64,000 bases of DNA. Origin: Spirochaetia bacterium (GTDB taxonomy: Bacteria; Spirochaetota; Spirochaetia; DSM-16054; Sediminispirochaetaceae). The notes under the pieces were generated by a model. That model searched no databases. It saw only the letters and a program-made list of their open reading frames with translations, and was not told where the DNA came from. The DNA lies in contig JAXHMY010000008.1 in NCBI GenBank assembly GCA_034520965.1, positions 128,001-192,000 on the forward strand. The letters are read 5' to 3'. Shown here piece after piece: positions 54,621 through 64,000 of the stretch. Every line of letters starts with the position of its first letter. Within the stretch, counting starts at the first letter, position 1. The position numbers and the translations under genes were made by a program.

Positions 54621-55967
54621 ATGTTTGAAAAGTACAGTGACATGGTTGAGCGGATGGACCCTATTAAATACACCGGAACGGTAAAGCAAGTAAAGGGTTT
54701 GCTGATCGAAAGCCACGGTCCACAGGTAGTAGTTGGAGAGAGCTGCCAAATTGTTATCTCAGGTAAGGATAGAACCGTTGGTGCCGAAGTAATAGGCTTC
54801 AACGGAACGAGTGTCCAGATGATGGCCTTTGACCAGATGGAGGGTATCGAACCCGGCTGCCAGGTAATTGCCATGGGTGAACCCCTTACCGTCCCGGTTT
54901 CCGACCAATTAAAGGGGCGTGTGCTCAATGCAATGGGCAAACCGATTGACGGGAAAGGTTCAATTGGATCTGCCGTTGGGGCTTCCACCAATAACACCCC
55001 TCCGAACGTGTTGTTCCGAAAAACCATTGATGACAGAATGATCACTGGAGTTCGTTCAATTGATGCGATGACCCCGGTCGGAAAAGGCCAGCGTATTGGT
55101 ATTTTTTCCGGTAGTGGGGTTGGGAAATCTACGCTTCTGGGGATGACCGCCCGCAATACAGCTGCAGATGTAAATGTAATTGCCTTGATCGGTGAACGTG
55201 GCCGGGAGGTACGGGAGTTTATCGAACAGGACCTTGGTGAGGAGGGGCTCAAGCGGTCGGTATTGGTGGTTTCCACTAGCGATACCAGCCCCTTAGCCCG
55301 TGTGCGCGGTGCATTTGTCGCAACTGCCATAGCGGAGTACTTTCGTGACCAGGGGCAGGATGTAATGTTGCTGTTTGATTCGATAACCCGGTTTGCCAGG
55401 GCTCAGCGTGAAATAGGCCTGACATTAGGCGAACCACCGGCAACCCGCGGATATACCCCCTCCGTGTTCTCGATACTGCCGAAGCTGCTGGAACGGTGTG
55501 GAAATTCTGAGAAAGGGACCATTACCGGGTTTTATACGATTTTAGTGGAAGGGGATGATATGGATGAGCCGGTTTCCGATACGGTACGAGGTATCCTAGA
55601 TGGGCATATCGTATTAAGTCGGAAGCTGGCCCAGGCGTATCATTATCCGGCCATTGACATACTCGCCTCTCTCTCTCGTTTGGGCAGAAAAGTTACCGGA
55701 CGTGAGGAGCAGGATGCGGCTGGAAGAGTACGGCGGCTGCTGGCTACCTATACCGACTCTGAAGACCTTATAAACGTCGGTGCTTATGCCGAAGGTAGTA
55801 ATAGTGAAATAGACGAGGCAATCAAAAAAATTGACGATATATGGGATTTCCTTGGTCAGGATATTGAAGAGAAAGCCCATTTACGAGATACGGTTCAGCG
55901 ATTAGCACAGATTTCAGGCGTTGAAGTGCCGCTGCCGGAGGAAGAAGATGCGGAAGTTTCAGTTTAA
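54621..55967 (+). CDS. fliI: Flagellar export ATPase FliI
   Basis: GSGVGKS, GERGRE, DSITRFARA and LDGHIVLSR. Confidence 0.97.
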   Translation: MFEKYSDMVERMDPIKYTGTVKQVKGLLIESHGPQVVVGESCQIVISGKDRTVGAEVIGFNGTSVQMMAFDQMEGIEPGCQVIAMGEPLTVPVSDQLKGRVLNAMGKPIDGKGSIGSAVGASTNNTPPNVLFRKTIDDRMITGVRSIDAMTPVGKGQRIGIFSGSGVGKSTLLGMTARNTAADVNVIALIGERGREVREFIEQDLGEEGLKRSVLVVSTSDTSPLARVRGAFVATAIAEYFRDQGQDVMLLFDSITRFARAQREIGLTLGEPPATRGYTPSVFSILPKLLERCGNSEKGTITGFYTILVEGDDMDEPVSDTVRGILDGHIVLSRKLAQAYHYPAIDILASLSRLGRKVTGREEQDAAGRVRRLLATYTDSEDLINVGAYAEGSNSEIDEAIKKIDDIWDFLGQDIEEKAHLRDTVQRLAQISGVEVPLPEEEDAEVSV

Positions 55968-56394
55968 TCTAGAAAAAATTCTTGAATTGCGAAAATATGA
56001 TGAACAGCAGTGGGAGATAAAGCTGGGGCAGGCTATCGGTCGCTGCACTGCTTTAAAGAAGAAAATTGAAGAACGGCGGTCGAGCCGAAAACGAACTTTT
56101 AATCAGCGGCACCTTGATACCGGTGATATGAGAATGTTCATGTATGTAGAAAACTACACACATCGTATGGATCAGGAGATTACGGAACTACGGGCGGAGC
56201 TTGAGCAGGCCGAAAAAGAGCGAAAGGATGTTCAGGAGAAATTTCTGGAAGTTTCAAAAAAACGCAAAATTTTAGATAAGCTGAAAGAGAGAAAGCAGCA
56301 GATGTATTATAAGAAGCAGGAAAAGCAGGAGCAGAAAGTACTCGATGATATCAGTTCCGCTCAGTATGCACGTAAGCTGGAGGATGTCGGATGA
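55948..56394 (+). CDS. fliJ: Flagellar export protein FliJ
   Basis: MRKFQFNLEKILELR...EQKVLDD coiled coil; follows fliI. Confidence 0.88.
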   Translation: MRKFQFNLEKILELRKYDEQQWEIKLGQAIGRCTALKKKIEERRSSRKRTFNQRHLDTGDMRMFMYVENYTHRMDQEITELRAELEQAEKERKDVQEKFLEVSKKRKILDKLKERKQQMYYKKQEKQEQKVLDDISSAQYARKLEDVG

Positions 56395-56425
56395 AAATAG
56401 GATTACCGCACCCTAGGAGGCAATT

Positions 56426-57043
56426 GTGGCTGGAGGAATGAAGTTGTTTTCGCGTATCCTGATGTTGTTGTTACTTATAATTGTACTTCTGGTTGGAGGA
56501 CTGCTCTGGTTTGATTATTTAGGATTGATGAACGTGAAGCAGATCTTCGCTCCGGCGACCCAATTGGTCGGAATTTCAGCGCCCGAGAAACTTGAAAACG
56601 ATGAGGATGCCCTTTTACTGGAGCGGGAGCGTCTTCTGAAGCGAGAAGAGGCGGTTAAGCTTCAGCAGGAGGCCCTTGAATCACGGTCCGAAGAAATTGT
56701 CGAAATGGAGGCTGAGGTCCAGCAAAAGTTGGAATTGTTGGAAGAAAAAGAGAAAGCCCTAGCTGAACAGGAAAAATCATTTAACGAAAGACTAAAACAG
56801 TACGAAAATAGAAGAGCGAACCTTAGGCAGTCAGCTGAGTATTTTGCCGGCATGCCGCCGCAGCAAGCGGTGGATAGACTGCTTGAGATGGAAGATCAGG
56901 ATATAATTGATATCCTGCGAACTTCTGAAAGGTTAGCCCAGGAACGCGGTGAGGGGTCATTAGTCGCATATTGGCTTTCCCTCATGCCGTCGGAGCGGGC
57001 TGCCCAACTCAGCAGAAAAATGCTGAAAAAACCTGAAGGATAG
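56426..57043 (+). CDS. flbB: Periplasmic flagellar collar protein FlbB (MotE-like)
   Basis: TM with WFDYLG, coiled coil, GMPPQQAV and YWLSLMP; lies between fliJ and fliK as in other spirochetes. Confidence 0.8.
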   Translation: MAGGMKLFSRILMLLLLIIVLLVGGLLWFDYLGLMNVKQIFAPATQLVGISAPEKLENDEDALLLERERLLKREEAVKLQQEALESRSEEIVEMEAEVQQKLELLEEKEKALAEQEKSFNERLKQYENRRANLRQSAEYFAGMPPQQAVDRLLEMEDQDIIDILRTSERLAQERGEGSLVAYWLSLMPSERAAQLSRKMLKKPEG

Positions 57044-58789
57044 GTGAAAGCAGTGATAAATGCTTTAATGGCCGACATTCAAGCTCCCGGTTCTCCAGGC
57101 GGTTCACACCCGTCTTTGGATTACCGGCAGACGGAGTTCTCGTCCTCCTCGGCACGCTCTTCTTTTGCTTCTTATTTGGAGCAAATTTCACAGGAAACCT
57201 CTTTTTCTACAACGCAAGGTAGGGAGGAACGCACAGGAGGCAGTACTAACCTGTCACGGCAGGACGAATTTGCCATGCGCGAAGCTCAGCAGCAGCGGGA
57301 AGCGGCCTTGCAGAGATCTGCAGAGCAGAATGCGGCGGAGGAACACCGTAAACTTCAAGCTGATGCGCAGGCTGCTTCGGAAAGCAGGCGCGACTCCTTA
57401 GTGAAAGGTGACCAATCGAGGACCGAAAGACGAGACAACTCAGACCCCGCCGGGTCCTCTGCTGAACAGAAGAGCGGGTCTGTTGAGGATGGTTCCCGGA
57501 TAGACACACAAAATGAAAACGCAAAAAATGAGAAGCCCCTAGTAAATACGGACAAAATTGAAGATGGAAAATCTAACCCAAAGAGGAGCACCCCTGATAC
57601 CGGTGAAAAGGCCGCTTCCGAATCTCAATCATCGGAAGAGCACACAAAAAAAACAGTGCAGGTTGATACGACAAAGTTAGACGAAGGGGCCCAGGAATCG
57701 GCCACACAGGCGTCGGCGAAAAAAAGAATAAGCGCTGAAGATGCACGGGAGACCGCACTCAAGCAGACTTCCGAGGAGGGCCACTCCCAAAAAAATGATC
57801 AAAATCAGGCTGCACGTAAAGCCTCCCGTAAAGCTGCGCTTAAAGAGGTTCAGTTGAGTACGGAAGCAGCAGCCCACGCCAAAAACTCCTCCGGAGAGAA
57901 TGAGGTGCAGTCGGCGACAGCCGCTGCTGAGGGCAGCAGGGGCGGTGTAGTCGGCGAAAAAGGTACAAGTGCTGCAGATACCGAGGATTCCGCAAAAAAA
58001 CTCTCTTCACAACAGCGGGCTTCACAGCCACGGGGTGATGAAAAACGCGAAGACCGCGGGACGAATGACTCGAACAGCCGCCGTACCGGAGAGAGTGCGG
58101 GAAGACCGAAACTGACGGTAATTGATAAGCGCGGGGCATCTGCCCGCAATAATAGCGGCAATCAAAACGGCTCCGAGAGCCGGCAGCAGAACTCCGAGTT
58201 CAAACTGTTCAGTTTGGGAAACGAAAGCGGCAGCAGCACCGGCAAGGGAATCAGCAATGAAAACGGCGACTCCATGCAGGTGATGCAGGTTAATCTGCGG
58301 GAAGATGCGGGACAGTCCTTTTCAGCAGCGTCTGTAAAGAGTTCCGGCAACGGTATCCGCAACGAGTTGATGCAACAGCTTCAGGATCACCTTAACAAGG
58401 ATATTGTCAAACGCAGTTCCATTTTAATTCGGGAGAACGGCTCTGGAGAAATCGAGCTTGATCTGAAACCGGATAATCTTGGACAGGTAAGAATCCGGAT
58501 CACAATGGAGAATAATAATATAGCTGGGAAGATTTTTGTCGAGAATAGTAATGTAAAGGAAGCGTTCGATCAGAATATGCAGCAGTTATATCGAGCTTTC
58601 AAAGAGCATGGCTTTGAAAATGCAGCTTTGAATGTCTCGGTTGGAGATCAGGGCAGTGAGCAGCGTGAGCGCGGCCGGTCCCATGGACCGCAGTTGTCTC
58701 CCGCCTCTCAGGTACGGGCCCTTGATGAGCAAGGGTTACCGGCAAATGACAGCAGCGGTGAACTGCGGCTGATCGACGTGATGGCGTAA
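57044..58789 (+). CDS. fliK: Flagellar hook-length control protein FliK
   Basis: Long low-complexity N-region plus C-terminal LKPDNLGQVRI domain. Confidence 0.9.
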   Translation: MKAVINALMADIQAPGSPGGSHPSLDYRQTEFSSSSARSSFASYLEQISQETSFSTTQGREERTGGSTNLSRQDEFAMREAQQQREAALQRSAEQNAAEEHRKLQADAQAASESRRDSLVKGDQSRTERRDNSDPAGSSAEQKSGSVEDGSRIDTQNENAKNEKPLVNTDKIEDGKSNPKRSTPDTGEKAASESQSSEEHTKKTVQVDTTKLDEGAQESATQASAKKRISAEDARETALKQTSEEGHSQKNDQNQAARKASRKAALKEVQLSTEAAAHAKNSSGENEVQSATAAAEGSRGGVVGEKGTSAADTEDSAKKLSSQQRASQPRGDEKREDRGTNDSNSRRTGESAGRPKLTVIDKRGASARNNSGNQNGSESRQQNSEFKLFSLGNESGSSTGKGISNENGDSMQVMQVNLREDAGQSFSAASVKSSGNGIRNELMQQLQDHLNKDIVKRSSILIRENGSGEIELDLKPDNLGQVRIRITMENNNIAGKIFVENSNVKEAFDQNMQQLYRAFKEHGFENAALNVSVGDQGSEQRERGRSHGPQLSPASQVRALDEQGLPANDSSGELRLIDVMA

Positions 58790-58803
58790 ATAAGGAGCTT
58801 TAG

Positions 58804-59253
58804 ATGGATTTTACATCAATGTTATCCGGTGCGGAAAGCAGTAAGGTAGCGATGCAGGTAGATGCATCCAACAAGAGCCTAAAACAGGGAGACGGACTGA
58901 GTCAGGAGCTGGGAAAAGACGATTTTCTACAGCTGTTGATTACCCAGCTGCAGCATCAGGATCCTACAAAACCAATGGATGATAAGCAGTTTATCTCGCA
59001 GATGGCTCAATTCTCATCCCTTGAACAGATGACTAATCTGGGACAGGAGTTTTCTAAGATAAGTGGAATTGTGAATCGTGGAAATGCGTTAAACCTACTC
59101 GACAAGCATGTTGAAATTCTGGACGGCAATCAGCGAGTGTATGGAACAGTTGAGGCGGTGTCCGGGACGGAGAACCCGCAGGTAAAAGTAAATGGCCGTT
59201 ATTACGATTATTCGGTAGTTGAAACAGTGAATACCAAGGAGGCAGCAGAATGA
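58804..59253 (+). CDS. flgD: Flagellar hook capping protein FlgD
   Basis: [24 protein letters not shown]...[10 protein letters not shown]. Confidence 0.96.
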   Translation: MDFTSMLSGAESSKVAMQVDASNKSLKQGDGLSQELGKDDFLQLLITQLQHQDPTKPMDDKQFISQMAQFSSLEQMTNLGQEFSKISGIVNRGNALNLLDKHVEILDGNQRVYGTVEAVSGTENPQVKVNGRYYDYSVVETVNTKEAAE

Positions 59254-60635
59254 TGCGTTCTCTCTATGCCGGTGTATCCGGTCTGCAAAATCACCAAACA
59301 CGTATGGATGTGATTGGTAATAACATATCAAATGTAAACACCACCGGTTTTAAGAAAGGCCGGGTAGAGTTTCAGGATATGCTGTCTCAAACTATGTCGG
59401 GGGCAGCCCGTCCCACCGACGAGGTCGGAGGTGTGAACCCCAAACAGGTGGGGCTGGGAATGAATATTGCGTCTATCGATACCATTCATACTCAGGGCTC
59501 AATGAAGACTACCGGTGTTATGAGCGACGTAGCCGTACAGGGGGATGGATTCTTCGTGATGCGGGCCGGCAATAAGCAATTCCATACCCGTGCCGGTTCT
59601 TTTGGTTTGGATGAAAACGGCACCCTGGTGAATCCGGCCAACGGTATGCGGGTCCAGGGATGGAACGCCGAAACTATTGACGGGGAAAACTATATAAACA
59701 CCGCTGCGGATGTGGAAGACCTAATAATCCCGGTAGGAAGTAAAGATCCCGCCGGCGCCACCACTGAGGTCGAACTGGCTTCCAATCTGGACAAGCGTAC
59801 CCCGCTGATCCCGGCCGGCGCGACCGCCGGTGAAACCCGCGAAGGTACCTGGAGTATTGATAAGACCATTTATGATAATTTTGGAAATACTCATACCCTA
59901 CGGGTCAACTATACCCGCGTACCTGGAACCCAGAACCAGTGGCAGGGAGAAGTTATTATAGACCCCGATTCAGAGACTCCCACCAATACCTTGACGGATG
60001 TTGGAGCAGAGAATAACGATACTAATACCTTCATCGTTGAATTCGACAACCTGGGCACTATTCAATCAGTAACCGACGCACAGGGGGATGTAGTTGAAGA
60101 GGGAGAGCTACAGGTGAACGTAGGCTTTGATGTACTGGAGGCAGCTCCGGAAGAGGGTGAACAGGTACGTCAGAACTTTCAGCTGACTCTAGGCGAGATC
60201 GGCAGCGTGGTCGACAGCATGACACAGTTTGCCGAGAAAAGTTCTACCAAGGCCTTTCGTCAAAACGGGTATCCGATGGGGTATCTGGAAAACTACAAAA
60301 TCGATCAGTCCGGAATTATCACGGGTGTATACTCCAACGGCACCAACCGGATGCTAGGACAAATCGCACTTTCAAGTTTTACCAACCCCGGCGGCCTTGA
60401 AAAAGCAGGTGAAAACACCTACGTTGTATCGAACAACTCCGGCGAAGCGCGTATAGGTGAATCGGGAGTTGCCGGCAAGGGAAAAGTAATCGCCGGGGCT
60501 CTGGAAATGAGTAATGTAGATTTGGCTGAACAGTTTACCGATATGATTGTGACTCAAAGAGGTTTTCAAGCCAATTCGAAGAGCATCACCACCTCGGATC
60601 AGATGCTCCAAGAACTACTTACATTGAAAAGGTAG
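59250..60635 (+). CDS. flgE: Flagellar hook protein FlgE
   Basis: [13 protein letters not shown] and [25 protein letters not shown]. Confidence 0.97.
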   Translation: MMRSLYAGVSGLQNHQTRMDVIGNNISNVNTTGFKKGRVEFQDMLSQTMSGAARPTDEVGGVNPKQVGLGMNIASIDTIHTQGSMKTTGVMSDVAVQGDGFFVMRAGNKQFHTRAGSFGLDENGTLVNPANGMRVQGWNAETIDGENYINTAADVEDLIIPVGSKDPAGATTEVELASNLDKRTPLIPAGATAGETREGTWSIDKTIYDNFGNTHTLRVNYTRVPGTQNQWQGEVIIDPDSETPTNTLTDVGAENNDTNTFIVEFDNLGTIQSVTDAQGDVVEEGELQVNVGFDVLEAAPEEGEQVRQNFQLTLGEIGSVVDSMTQFAEKSSTKAFRQNGYPMGYLENYKIDQSGIITGVYSNGTNRMLGQIALSSFTNPGGLEKAGENTYVVSNNSGEARIGESGVAGKGKVIAGALEMSNVDLAEQFTDMIVTQRGFQANSKSITTSDQMLQELLTLKR

Positions 60636-60671
60636 TTAATATAAAATGAGGGAGAGCAGGATAGTAGTTAA

Positions 60672-60869
60672 ATGATTAAGGTTACCCAGTTAAACGGGCG
60701 GGTGTATTATGTAAATCCGCACCAGATTGAGCATATTGAATTAAACCCCGATACTACACTTGTGATGCTCTCCGGTAAGCGACTGGTAGTGAAGGAGGAC
60801 TATCAGTCGATTTTTGATAGTATAATCGAATACAGACGGCTGATAGGCGCCTTCAAAAACGAGGAGTAA
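60672..60869 (+). CDS. flbD: Flagellar FlbD/SwrD family protein
   Basis: MIKVTQLNG...NPHQIE...PDT...GK..VVKE. Confidence 0.93.
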   Translation: MIKVTQLNGRVYYVNPHQIEHIELNPDTTLVMLSGKRLVVKEDYQSIFDSIIEYRRLIGAFKNEE

Positions 60870-60872
60870 AGA

Positions 60873-61655
60873 ATGGATATTTCCACCTTAGCAGGACTTG
60901 GACTCGGATTTACGATGATCCTGATGTCGATGGTACTCGGCGGAAGTGGTTTAGGCGTATATATCAATGTCCCTTCTGTACTAATGGTAATCGGCGGCTC
61001 TTTTGGCGCGCTCATGGTAGGCAATCCGCTTGCGCGGGTGTTGGGCATTGTACGTTATTTTAATATTGTACTGCGGGTTCCTAACTATGAGCTGGAACGT
61101 ACAATTACTACTTTGGTAAATTTCTCTGAGCGAGCTCGTCGTGAAGGACTGCTGGCACTTGAGGATGATGTTGAAGAGGTTCAGGACGATTTTCTGAAGA
61201 ACGGTATCCAACTGGTTGTTGATGGTACCGATCCGGAAATTATAAAAACAGTTTTGTTTAATGATCTCGATCAGTTGACAGCCAGACATGATACCGGGAT
61301 AAAGATCTTTGACGATTGGGGGAAACTAGCCCCGGCCTTTGGAATGATAGGAACTTTGGCGGGGCTGATTGCAATGTTGGCCAACCTGGACGATCCCGAT
61401 GCAATTGGTTCAGGTATGGCTCTGGCCTTGATAACCACTATGTACGGTTCAATTTTTGCGAATCTGGTGCTTATACCGATTAAGGGTAAGTTGGAAGATC
61501 GACATAAGGAGGAGCAGCTGCTGCGGGAGATAATGATCGAGGGAATACTCTCGATACAAGCGGGGGATAACCCGAATATTCTCAAATACAAGCTGGTATC
61601 CTTCCTCGATCCAAACCGCAGGCGCGAGATGCTCGAAGTGTTAATGGGAGAATAA
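60873..61655 (+). CDS. motA: Flagellar stator protein MotA
   Basis: ARREGLLALE, APAFGMIGT and ALITTMYG. Confidence 0.95.
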   Translation: MDISTLAGLGLGFTMILMSMVLGGSGLGVYINVPSVLMVIGGSFGALMVGNPLARVLGIVRYFNIVLRVPNYELERTITTLVNFSERARREGLLALEDDVEEVQDDFLKNGIQLVVDGTDPEIIKTVLFNDLDQLTARHDTGIKIFDDWGKLAPAFGMIGTLAGLIAMLANLDDPDAIGSGMALALITTMYGSIFANLVLIPIKGKLEDRHKEEQLLREIMIEGILSIQAGDNPNILKYKLVSFLDPNRRREMLEVLMGE

Positions 61656-62384
61656 ATGGCTGAGCGACGCAGAAAAAAGAAATGTCCTCCCGAGGGCGCG
61701 CCGGAGTGGATGACCACATACGGCGACATGGTAACTCTGCTGCTCACCTTCTTCGTAATGATGTATACAACCGCCACGGTAGATGGAGCTAAAATCCAAC
61801 TGATCCTGGCGGCGTTTAACGGATTGGGCTTGCGCTCCGGGGGTACAACCTTACAGGCAACCGGTCAGCTTGCGGATATGGGAAATACGGTTATGTCCTT
61901 GCCTTCAGCACAGAAAGGCCGGGCTTTGGATGAAGCACGCAAGAAAGCGGTGAGTATGTTTCAGCCGGAGATTAAAACCAAGAAGGTTCAGGTGAAAGAG
62001 GATGAACGTGGACTGGTCATTAGTTTAGCGGCGGACGCCTTTTTTGAACCTGCCAGTGCCGAGGTGAGGATAGAGGAGAGTCGGGATGTTCTTGAGCGGG
62101 TTTCTAACCTGCTTATATCGATGGAGGGCTATAAGTTCCGAATTGAGGGACATACCGATTCGATGCCAACTGACCCACAGGGACAATGGCGTACCAACTG
62201 GGAACTATCCACCGCCCGGGCTACCAACGTACTCCACTATTTAGTGGATTTTGGTGTATCTGAAGACAATTTCCAAGTGGCCGGCTTCGCCGACACGGTT
62301 CCTATCGCCGCCGAAGAGACGGAAGAGGGACGTTCTTATAACCGACGGGTGGATATTATTGTACTGTCGGAGGGACATTTATAG
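61656..62384 (+). CDS. motB: Flagellar stator protein MotB
   Basis: WMTTYGDMVTLLL TM segment; OmpA-like domain IEGHTD, NWELSTARA and NRRVDI. Confidence 0.96.
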   Translation: MAERRRKKKCPPEGAPEWMTTYGDMVTLLLTFFVMMYTTATVDGAKIQLILAAFNGLGLRSGGTTLQATGQLADMGNTVMSLPSAQKGRALDEARKKAVSMFQPEIKTKKVQVKEDERGLVISLAADAFFEPASAEVRIEESRDVLERVSNLLISMEGYKFRIEGHTDSMPTDPQGQWRTNWELSTARATNVLHYLVDFGVSEDNFQVAGFADTVPIAAEETEEGRSYNRRVDIIVLSEGHL

Positions 62385-62439
62385 TTTGCAATAAACTGAT
62401 TCTTTTGATAGAATTTTACTGATACTACAGGAGCTGAGT

Positions 62440-62991
62440 ATGGGAGATGAAGAGGTCTTTTCGGAAGAAGAGGTTGCCGGGGGAGCAGCAGAAGAAGAAG
62501 CGGGGGGAAGTCGAAGATTAATACCCGCGTTTGTACTTAAAATACTCAAATGGGTTGCCCTGGGTTTGGCGGCAATTATCTTTATCGTGACGGTGGTGGT
62601 AATTACTGTGAGCCTCATGAATCAAGGCCCCCAAAGCGCAGCGTATCCGTCTGCTTCTGAAGAGTATCAGGGTTCGGTAGAGATCCTTTCTTGGTATGAT
62701 ATACCGGAAATACGGACTCGGACATCCGATGAAAATCCGTATACGGTAATAGTCGATCCGAAATTGGGTTATGAAAGTGAAAGCAAGAAGATTCAAACTG
62801 AATTAATTGCACGTCGGGAGCAAATTATTGATATGATGCGCCGCTATTTTTCAAGACGTACTGCCAGTGAGTTAGCACCGCAGTATGAAGATGAAATTAA
62901 GGCTGAACTGGAAGAACAGATCAATCGTATAATGAACAGCAAAGGTATCGAGGATATAGTGTTTCTGCAGTTCAACGTGGTAGAGTTTTAG
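62440..62991 (+). CDS. fliL: Flagellar basal body-associated protein FliL
   Basis: N-terminal TM; lies between motB and fliM. Confidence 0.85.
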   Translation: MGDEEVFSEEEVAGGAAEEEAGGSRRLIPAFVLKILKWVALGLAAIIFIVTVVVITVSLMNQGPQSAAYPSASEEYQGSVEILSWYDIPEIRTRTSDENPYTVIVDPKLGYESESKKIQTELIARREQIIDMMRRYFSRRTASELAPQYEDEIKAELEEQINRIMNSKGIEDIVFLQFNVVEF

Positions 62992-63020
62992 AAGAGGAAG
63001 AGGGTGAGGATGAGAACGGT

Positions 63021-64000
63021 ATGAATGAAGTTTTGTCGCAGGATGAAATAGATCAACTACTCACGGCAATATCCACCGGTGAAATAGAGAGTGAAGCCTC
63101 AGCACCGGCTGCACAGGATCAGCGTAAGATCAAGATCTATGATTTTAAACGTCCCGACAAATTTTCTAAAGAGCAAATCCGAACCGTCTCAATCATGCAC
63201 GAAACTTTTGCACGGCTTACAACAACCGCGCTTTCCGCTCAGCTGCGGAGCATGGTTCATGTGCATGTGGCTTCGGTAGATCAGTTAACCTATGAAGAAT
63301 TTATCCGTTCGATACCGAATCCGACTACCCTTGGGATAATAAATATGGATCCTCTCAAGGGTTCAGCTATTTTGGAAATAGATCCTGCCATTACCTTTTC
63401 AGTTATTGATCGCCTGTTCGGCGGCCAGGGAGAAGGTACCAAGGTGAACCGTGATCTTACCGATATAGAGCAATCGGTAATGGAAGGAATTATTGTCCGG
63501 ATATTGGGAAACTTGCGAGAAGCCTGGAGCCAGGTAATTGACTTGCGCCCCCGTTTGGGACAGATCGAAACCAATCCGCAGTTTGCGCAGATTGTACCGC
63601 CGACAGAGATGGTGGTGCTGGTTACGTTAGAGACGAAGGTCGGGGAAGTTGAGGGAATGATGAACTTCTGTATTCCCTACCTGACTATCGAACCGATTAT
63701 CTCCAAACTATCGGCTCAGTATATGTACTCGTCGGTACGGAGCGGGGCGACAACTGAAAACCTGAATATATTGAAAGATCGACTTTCGAATATTGAGGTT
63801 TCAGTGGTTGCAGAGGTCGGTAGTATGCAGCTTACGGTACGTGATGTGCTTGCTCTGCGGCAGGGCGATGTAATTCGATTTCCGAATGTACAGACCAAGG
63901 ATGCAATGACGATGAAAATAGGCAACCGCAAAAAGTTTCTCTGCCGGCCTGGAATAATGGCAAATAAGGTAGCGGTGCAGATAACTGAAAAACTAGAAGA
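63021..64000 (+). CDS. fliM: Flagellar motor switch protein FliM (partial, runs off window)
   Basis: MNEVLSQDEIDQLL, YDFKRPDKFSKEQ and QIETNPQF, read directly from the sequence. Confidence 0.96.
   Translation, partial: MNEVLSQDEIDQLLTAISTGEIESEASAPAAQDQRKIKIYDFKRPDKFSKEQIRTVSIMHETFARLTTTALSAQLRSMVHVHVASVDQLTYEEFIRSIPNPTTLGIINMDPLKGSAILEIDPAITFSVIDRLFGGQGEGTKVNRDLTDIEQSVMEGIIVRILGNLREAWSQVIDLRPRLGQIETNPQFAQIVPPTEMVVLVTLETKVGEVEGMMNFCIPYLTIEPIISKLSAQYMYSSVRSGATTENLNILKDRLSNIEVSVVAEVGSMQLTVRDVLALRQGDVIRFPNVQTKDAMTMKIGNRKKFLCRPGIMANKVAVQITEKLE

Noticed and set aside
57044..58300. Low-complexity Ser/Glu/Ala-rich region as a novel repeat protein
   Set aside because: This is the normal unstructured ruler region of FliK.

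Overview
This 64 kb window is core chromosome from a spirochete (Spirochaetota, probably a free-living Spirochaetales). The assignment rests on the flbB-containing flagellar cluster, a spirochete-type FlgE, the short ThrRS and the reduced dcw cluster. In order, it holds: the 3' end of a PASTA gene, tRNA-Gly, an orphan glycine-betaine binding lipoprotein, a racemase, T-box-thrS with an M32 carboxypeptidase, WGR/pgsA/HAD genes, and a phosphorus-uptake block (PiT+DUF47 divergent from phnDCEE-like genes). Then come a complete rRNA operon (16S-tRNA-Ile-23S-5S) followed by three tandem ~95-nt structured repeats, usp-cheW-degT-like-nadK-recN and downstream genes, two divergent GH57 genes around DUF4912, and one long + strand run (mraZ..ftsZ, xerD-TPR-dprA-xerC, hslVU, flgB..fliM). 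About ten genes carry single-base indels, most likely uncorrected long-read errors. No CRISPR array, prophage or transposase was seen. The best candidates for something new are the post-5S repeat array, a DegT-family protein that has lost its PLP-binding residues, a spirochete T-box riboswitch and a Ser-type FlgE cross-link site. All calls come from reading the sequence; no searches or folding programs were run.
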